64,000 nt of DNA from Octopus vulgaris (Eukaryota), in contig OX597817.1 in NCBI GenBank assembly GCA_951406725.2, positions 102,982,001 to 103,046,000 on the forward strand, written 5' to 3'. Below the pieces are notes generated by a model, which was not told where the DNA came from, did not search any database, and saw only the letters and a program-made list of their open reading frames with translations. Positions 56,569-64,000 of this stretch are shown here, one piece after another. The position numbers and the translations under genes were made by a program. How positions within the stretch are numbered: position 1 is the first letter of the stretch; every line of letters starts with the position of its first letter.

Positions 56569-57769
56569 ACACTGCATAACGTTTTGTGGTCTCCAACCAT
56601 CAAGTTTCTCACGAGTCATGACCCACTGATTTCAATGAGAGAAAGATCAATATACATTTTTATTATTATTTTCCCATACAGAAGTAGATTTTCAAATTAT
56701 CGTGTATTTCCAGTAGTTTTTTTGTTTTTAATAATATCGGGAATTATTGCATACCGCACTATTTCAATACAGTCTATTCTGGCTTATAGCCAGCCTACAA
56801 CAGGATGAAAAGTGCCACTTGGGGTGGACAACCTTTACCTCTCACCCCAAGCAACGCTAGTGGACTGCGCACAGAGCAATGCTAGAGAGTGGAGACCAAC
56901 TTCCGAGAACACCTTCAGAAATGCATCAATGAAAACGGACATCACATGATGGATGTTGTTTGCCACACTTGATTTTGACAAATGCTAATTCAATACGAAT
57001 ACATTGATGTCAATAGAATTTGTTTGCAGCTAAACTTAAAGATTTTGTGATGTTTTCAAAAACGTCCGTCCTCTCTGTCCCACCCTATATAATACAAAAC
57101 ACATTAAAAAATACAAACCCAAAACCGGGAGAAAAAATAGGAAAAGAGAAACAAAGAAGGAAAAAATAAATAAATAAACATCAATTCAACACCAAGTATC
57201 TCAATTGGTCACACACCACAAGGTTCAATGGAACCTATTAAAGCAAGCCAACATGCTCGCAGCATTACCACAGGCAATGGCAGCTATAAGGCATTGGAAC
57301 AGCTAAGCACCTTCACAGGCATCACCTGGTACCTTGTTAAGGCGAGCCACCAATGACAAAAACTTCACCATTAGCAGCCTAACTCCTCCAAACTTCTCAA
57401 ATGCCACAGAAGAAATAGTTCACTAACAGGTCCCAATACTTAAGGATTTCATTCCATTCAGCTATGGGAGCAGTGACCTTCCCATTTACTACAGCATCCA
57501 GGATGTAGGATGAACCATGTAAAGTGTTAGAGAAAGAAACCTAGCTGTTTCTTGCAATACATCCGTCTATAACAAAATTTTTTCAGGGGTCCTTAAACTG
57601 CTGTTGTGGATCCCCAGTTTACTATTTTGTTGTGTGAACCTCCAAAAATCTTAAATGGATCCCGGTTGAGAACGATTGATTTAAACTGTTAATATGTATG
57701 ATTGTACTGAATACTTGAAATGACATTGATATCAGAATGAGTAAAACGTCTGATATACATATCATGCCT

Positions 57770-58132
57770 TTTACCTTTTACTTGTTTCAGTTATTGGACT
57801 GCAGCCATGCTGGCACACTGCTTTCAAGTGTTTAACTGAACAAGTTGGCTCCTGTACTTAGATTTTTAAACCTGGGACTTACTAAGTCAGTCTCTTTTGC
57901 TGAATCATTATTTCATGAGGATGTAAACAAACCTACACCAGTTGTCAAAAGGTGCTGGAGGACAAACACTAAGACACACACATATATATACATACACATG
58001 TGCAACGGGCTTCTTAAATCTTCCATCTCATATTCACAACAAAGTTTTGGTCAGTCCATGGCTATAGTAAAAGACTCTTGCCCAAGGTACCATGCAGTGA
58101 GACTGAACCTGAAACCATGTGGTTGGGAAGCC
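57770..58132 (-). mobile_element. decayed family-B SINE
   Basis: Reverse-complement similarity to 12320..12731. Confidence 0.7.
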
Positions 58133-58560
58133 AGTGTATTTCTATTAATTTATATTTATATTCTTAAATCACGTGGTCTTAGTTAATTTTGCTTTTTTAG
58201 GAGAAAAACTCACAACTAATGAGATTAAAGAGTTACTTATTTCCATTCAGTTTAGCCTGTTTTACCATTCTTTTTCTGTGTAAATTAGATACAAGAATAG
58301 ACTTCAGTCTTTTTTCTAACATTTCATCCCAAAACAAATCAAAGAAAATGATCTCATCACCTTCAAATGAAACCTGGACAAATTTCTTCAAGGGATATTA
58401 AATAAGCCACTTTTACCTTGATACATCTCAGTCAACCACAGCTTGCTATTTGAATGGGCTATGATACCACAAAACTTGATTTAAAATCAATTTAATAGAT
58501 ACTATCATGTGGTGCTATTAAATTAGACATGACCTGGACCATATATATATATAAAATGTT

Positions 58561-58599
<39 letters not shown>

Positions 58600-58949
58600 T
58601 TAAGGCACTCCGTCGGTTATGATGAGAGTTCCAGTTGATCCAATCAAAAACACACCCTACTCATAAAATTAATGTGCAAGTGGCTGACACACGTACCTTT
58701 AACATAGTTCTCTGAGATTCAGTGTGACACAGAATGTTGACCCTTTTGAAATACAAGTACAACTCATTCCACCTGAGTAGACTGAAGCAACGTATAATAA
58801 GTTGTCTTGCTCAAGGACACAACATGTCAATGAGAATTGAACTCACAACCTTGCAGTCATGAGCCAAATACCCTAACCATCAAGCTGCGGGCATTCACAC
58901 ACACATGTATTTATGTTGTCCTCTTCTTTTTCTTCATTGGTTATCGCCT

Positions 58950-59153
58950 GACTGGCCCCTGTGCCGGTGGCACGTAAAAAGCACCCACTACACTCTCGGT
59001 GTGTTTGGCGTTAGGAAGGGCATCCAGCTGTAGAAACTCTGCCAGATCAAGATTGGAGCCTGGTGCAGCCATCTGGCTCGCCAGCCCTGTCAAAATCGTC
59101 CAACCCATGCTAGCATGGAAAACGGACGTTAAACGATGATGATGATGATGATG
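58950..59153 (+). mobile_element. RTE 3' tail fragment
   Basis: gtgccggtggcacgtaaaaagcacccactacac...ggacgttaaacgatgatgat. Confidence 0.8.
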
Positions 59154-60696
59154 TTACAATAACGGTTTTTTCCAGTTGATCCAATCAACACAACCTGCTC
59201 GTGAAATTAACACGCAAGTGGCTGAGCACTCCACAGACAAGCGTACCTCAAGGAGATTCAATGTGACATAAATTGTGACAAGGTTGGTCTTTTGAATTAC
59301 AGTACTCACTTTTGCCAGTTGGTGGACTGGAGCAATGTGAAATAAAGTGTTTTGCTCAAGGACACAATGCATGACCAGGAATTGAACTCACAACCTTACA
59401 ATCGTGAATCAACTACCCTAACACACGTGGGGTTGTAGAATAGCAGAATTGTAAACATGTCAAGTAAAATACATTAAGAGATTTATTCTGATTCTGTAGT
59501 TTCTCAGTTCAAATCCCACCAGGGTCATTTTTGCCTTTCATCCTTCTGAGATTGGTAAAAGTACCAGGGTTGATGTAATCTAAAATCCTCTTCTCAAAGT
59601 TATTTATATATTAGATATTGTGATGAATGTGGTGGCAGTGGTGATAAGTCAACGTATGTATGTGTATTCGCTTTCATGTACTTATGGTGTGTGTGCTGTG
59701 ATGGTGGTGAGTGTCTGTGCATGTGTGTGAGACTTTTATGCTTTTTTTAATTGTTCTGTTAACTGCACTGGATTTAATTTATTGTGACAGATAATGGCCA
59801 ATAAGTATGTATGTATGGGTGCCATCACATTATCTCGCCTATATTATTATTTTTCTTTTATTTCTATCATAGTATCCAATTTCTTTTGTGGTATCCCGTT
59901 GTTTTATGTCTGGCTATGAAATCTGATTTAATATGTTATTTTAGATTGCGTATGTATTCTTAATCTATTCATCTCATTGAAAGTTATTATATATATAAAA
60001 TCATCATCATTATCATTTCTACTTTTCTCTGCTTGCATGGGTTAGGCAGATTTTCTACAGCTGGATGCCCTTACTATCACCAACCCTCACTTGTTTCTAA
60101 GTAAGATATTTTCCTATGGCCAGACATGTTTTGGCAGAATATTGGAAATAAATTATACTGCTTGAATGACAGTAACACTCATTTACAACTATCACACTGG
60201 GTCAAGACAAGGAGACAAACATACATATATGTATGTACCAAATCCACTTACAAGATTTTGGTTGTCCCTGAGCTATAGTAGAAGACGCTTGCCCAAGGTT
60301 CTACACAGTAGAACTGAACCAGAAACTATGTGGTTGGGAAGTATATACATATAACTATGTATATTTGGTAGTAATTATCACATTGATATTTATACACCAT
60401 CTCATTCAGAAATATCTTTCATATTCAAAAAGTTGCAGCTTCCTTTAAAACTCAGCTTTGCTATGTCCAAAAATAAATTGCAGTGACTTACTAATTGTTT
60501 CTGCCTTACTAACAGTTTAGCCCTCAGGGCAACCTTAATGAAGCCATGAACATCTCAACTTCTTGTATATTCAGGTATCCAATATATCAATATATTCTCC
60601 CTTTTTAAGAACTGCAGCGTCTATTTCTGGAAGATGCAACAATCAGATAGAAGCTCTTTAGCAGGTTCACAATTTCTGCATTATTTTTAACTGCTG

Positions 60697-60905
60697 TGAG
60701 CTGGCAGAAATGTTAGCAGGCCAGGCGAAATGCTTAGCGGTATTTTGTCTGTGTTTACATTCTGAGTTCAAATTCCACCAAGGTCAACTTTGCCTTTCAT
60801 CCTTTTGGGGTCGATAAATTAAATACCAGTTGCATACTAGGGTCAATCTAATTGACTGGTCCCCATCCCCCAAAATTTAGGGCCTTGTGCCTAGAGTTGA
60901 AAAGA
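60697..60905 (+). mobile_element. SINE (family C)
   Basis: gagctggcagaaatgttagcaggccaggcgaaatgcttagcgg...gagttcaaattcc. Confidence 0.75.
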
Positions 60906-62911
60906 TTATTTCTAACTTATGTAAAATGATGATGGGAGTGAACTTTTCCAAGATTTTAAGACCATTATTTTTTTGAGATTGTTTGAAAGGGCTATCTTTT
61001 CTTATAGAAAAGTTGATAACTTTGTATGAGAAAAAGAAAAGATTCTGCCACTATGGCAGCTAAGTTATAGTGAACTGAGCATTTCTAGATGACATGTAAA
61101 ATTATTTCAAAGTTGAGAAGGCTTTGGCAGTATTTTCAGTTCAAAGATTTGTTTTCGATACTTGTATGCAGTAAGGATATAAGAAAATATATAGCCTCCA
61201 GTATTAAGTTTGAAGATGAACCCAGTAAAGAATAGCAAGTTAGGAGGTCAAAATATCTGTTTGTCTTAAAATAGTTCAGCTTGTTGTTGCGTTGCTTAGC
61301 CTATCGGTAATGCTTTCATGTGATTAGAGAAAAAGAGGGAGAAAGAAAAGCATCATCTTGCTTAGTTGATGGGAAGGAAAGGGGAAAGAAAAAGGAGAGA
61401 GAAGCATCCATGATGTGAGGTAGAGGTAATGTAATAATTTTAGTAGAGGGATGTTCTAATGAAGAGGTTAAAGAAAGGCAGAGAGAGAGATGATGATCGT
61501 GGTGGTGGTGGTGATTGGATAGTGAAAAAGTTTTTTTGAATTGAACTAATTTTTTTATATCACCTCTCCCTTAATGCAATTCATGCTTATTTACATGGCA
61601 GATATATGCAACTTAACTAAAGTGTGTGACATATGCACAGGATATTTCTTTTTTTGTTAATAGGAATAATAAGAGTGAATATTTATTTTATGATTGCTGT
61701 GTATTAAGTCTATAAAATTGTGCATAAAGTATATAAAGTAATCATTGTATTCCAATTTCTTTCACTTTTCGATGAGTGACTATCTTTCTATACAGACACA
61801 ACACAGGCTGCACTTTCAGGTTTTTTGGATAAAGTTTTCAAAAATAACCCAATAGGTTTACCATTAATTCTGTAAAATATTTATGGGTCCTGCTAGTAAG
61901 AATAAATAGTAGTTGTAGGTAAAAATTAAAATTATGGTCTATAATGAACCTAAAAGTTACTAGCAGATTGGCCAGTTCCTAGTGCTAGAACACTGCTAAT
62001 GACAGAATACCACAAGCATCCATATCACTGAGATGGACAACGATCTTTTTACTCCAACCATTCATCCGAGACTTCTGGTGATTTGCTGTGACACATCACG
62101 CTAAGTAAATCTTGGTTGTTGTCAGTGCCAGTGACATGTAAAAGGCACCTGTGCCAGTGAGATGTAAAAGTTACTTGTGCCAGTGACTTGCAAAAGGCAT
62201 TCATGTTGGTGATATGTAGAAGGCACCCAGTATACTCTGTGGAGTGTTTGGCATTGGGGAGGGCATCGAGGCATAGAAACCAAACCCTAACAGACAACAG
62301 AAGCCTGGTGCAGCTATCTGGCTTACCAGTTTGTCAAACCATCTAATCCATGCTAGCATGGAAAACAGATATTAAACAATGTTTAGGACTATGTGGTTGG
62401 GAAAATGTGCAGAATGCTCTTTTTTTATAGTTTCTTTCCGCAGAGAGCTTAACCTTCCATCTATCATTTTCATACGGAGATAAACACAGAAACCTTCCAG
62501 AAATACTCAATATCTAAGCAGTGATATTAGATTATATCACTATTTAAAGCAGAGATTATGTACCCATGTATTACACATGCACACCAATGAACTGAATATC
62601 ATTCCAATCACAGGCTGGTGCACAGTAAATGAGCTCTGAGGTCAGAGGAAATTCAAGTGAAGTAGAATGATTAAGATTCATTTTGACATACTGAATAGGT
62701 CACACTAATGGTAGTCTACATTTGCCATTGATTAGACATCACTAATCAAAGCCACATTTAATGTTCAAGGTGCATGAAAGATTCTGAGATGTTCAGGTTA
62801 GTATTAACATTATGAATGTAAAAAAAACCTAAAAAAGAAATACTTCTGCTGTGAAGAAAAGGCAATAATAGTTCAATAAGTAATATATTATTTTAACCAT
62901 TATGGGAAACA

Positions 62912-62956
62912 AGACCAAACATGTTTCAGTCCTATTAGACCTCGTCAGTGATGTCT
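62912..62956 (-). ncRNA. minimal type I hammerhead ribozyme motif
   Basis: AGACAUCA-CUGACGA-GGUC-UAAUAG-GACU-GAAA-CAUG-UU^-UGGUCU: intact core, bulged stem I, palindromic stem III (ACAUGU). Confidence 0.7.
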
Positions 62957-64000
62957 ATACTTGCCCAAATAGTGAGGAGAGAATCAATGACAAAACAGAC
63001 AATGCCATTGTAGGGTAATTGTGAGACACCAGATATCAACAGTTTGAACATAAAAGAGGCAGAATATGAATGGATTAAATAATATATCACCAACATCATT
63101 TAGAGATGTGTTTGTAGCCATGACTGCATAGTTAAGTAATTTGCTACATAATCACATGGTTCTGGGTTCAATCTTCCTGAGCATGTCGTCTACCATAACC
63201 TCAGGTTGAATAATGTATCGTGAGAGAAATTAGGTGAATGGAAAATGTGAAATAGTTTCCATCTACTTGTCACTGTGCACACATATTATATTTACTCATA
63301 AAGAAGTTGCACTTTTTAAACTTCAATTACAAAAATCAGTCATATAATTTATACACTGAGATATCTTACATTATAAATAAGGTGATGAGCTGGCAGAATC
63401 TTAGCACACTGGTCTGAGTTCAACTTTGCTTTCATTCTTTGGTAGGTTGATAAAATAAGTACCAATTGAGCACTTGGGTCGATGTAATTGACTCAGCCCA
63501 TCCCCCAAAATTACTGGCCTTGTGCTAAAATTTTAAACCAATTTATGTCTTATAATTCCAACAACCCAACCTCGTTTTTAAATAAAATTAAAACATATAA
63601 CAGAATATCTTGAAGTAAATAAAGTTATAATAGTTTAGGCTAACCATGACAAATGCATTTATTTTGAGATATTGATGAAATGATTTATTTACATATTCCT
63701 CAATGCTTCTTTATTTGAATTCTAAATATAGACAATTTTTGTCATTTCATTTAATATAATTAACTTCATTAGCCAGCATATGTTGAATGAATTTATATAT
63801 ATTATTCTTGTCACAACCTAATAACCAACTTAGTAGATTGAAAATCAAATGAACCAATGAAGGAATCTCAATACAGTTGCTAGACCTGCTAGAAATGGAA
63901 GTCAAGTCTCTCTAAAATCACAAACATTGAATAATGTAGTTCAAGATAGATAAGAGAAGATGGTTATGTCTGGAATACTTTTTCATAGGTCTGCATGATG

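Noticed and set aside
57180-57540. Moderately GC-rich segment resembling coding sequence
   Set aside because: There is no sustained ORF or splice-site pair; it may be a decayed LINE 3' end but I cannot assign it.

Overview
AT-rich, repeat-dominated eukaryotic DNA. The repeat complement (RTE LINEs, tRNA-derived SINEs with (CAT)n tails, very long TA/CA microsatellites, Penelope, mariner) resembles an octopus or other coleoid cephalopod genome; this is inference from recall, not a search. I reconstructed one complete four-exon gene on the minus strand that the ORF track does not show: CDS complement(39251..39308, 25271..25382, 6964..7145, 320..471), 504 nt, 167 aa, all GT-AG introns in compatible phase. 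It encodes a signal peptide, a C-x13-C-x3-CC-x7-CC ectodomain, one TM helix and a cytoplasmic tail, i.e. a CYYR1/Shisa-like (STMC6) protein. The rest is decayed mobile DNA: RTE and R4/Dong-type LINEs, Penelope-like elements, Tc1/mariner, hAT, PIF/Harbinger, Gypsy remnants, a probable solo LTR, a Merlin-like TIR element with an 8-bp TSD, a Helentron/HINE-like element carrying cargo, and many SINEs. RNA-level signals include several type I hammerhead ribozyme motifs (one fused to a tRNA-like head), long intronic inverted repeats, and candidate alternative exons of the host gene. Repeat boundaries are approximate unless a TSD or TIR is quoted.
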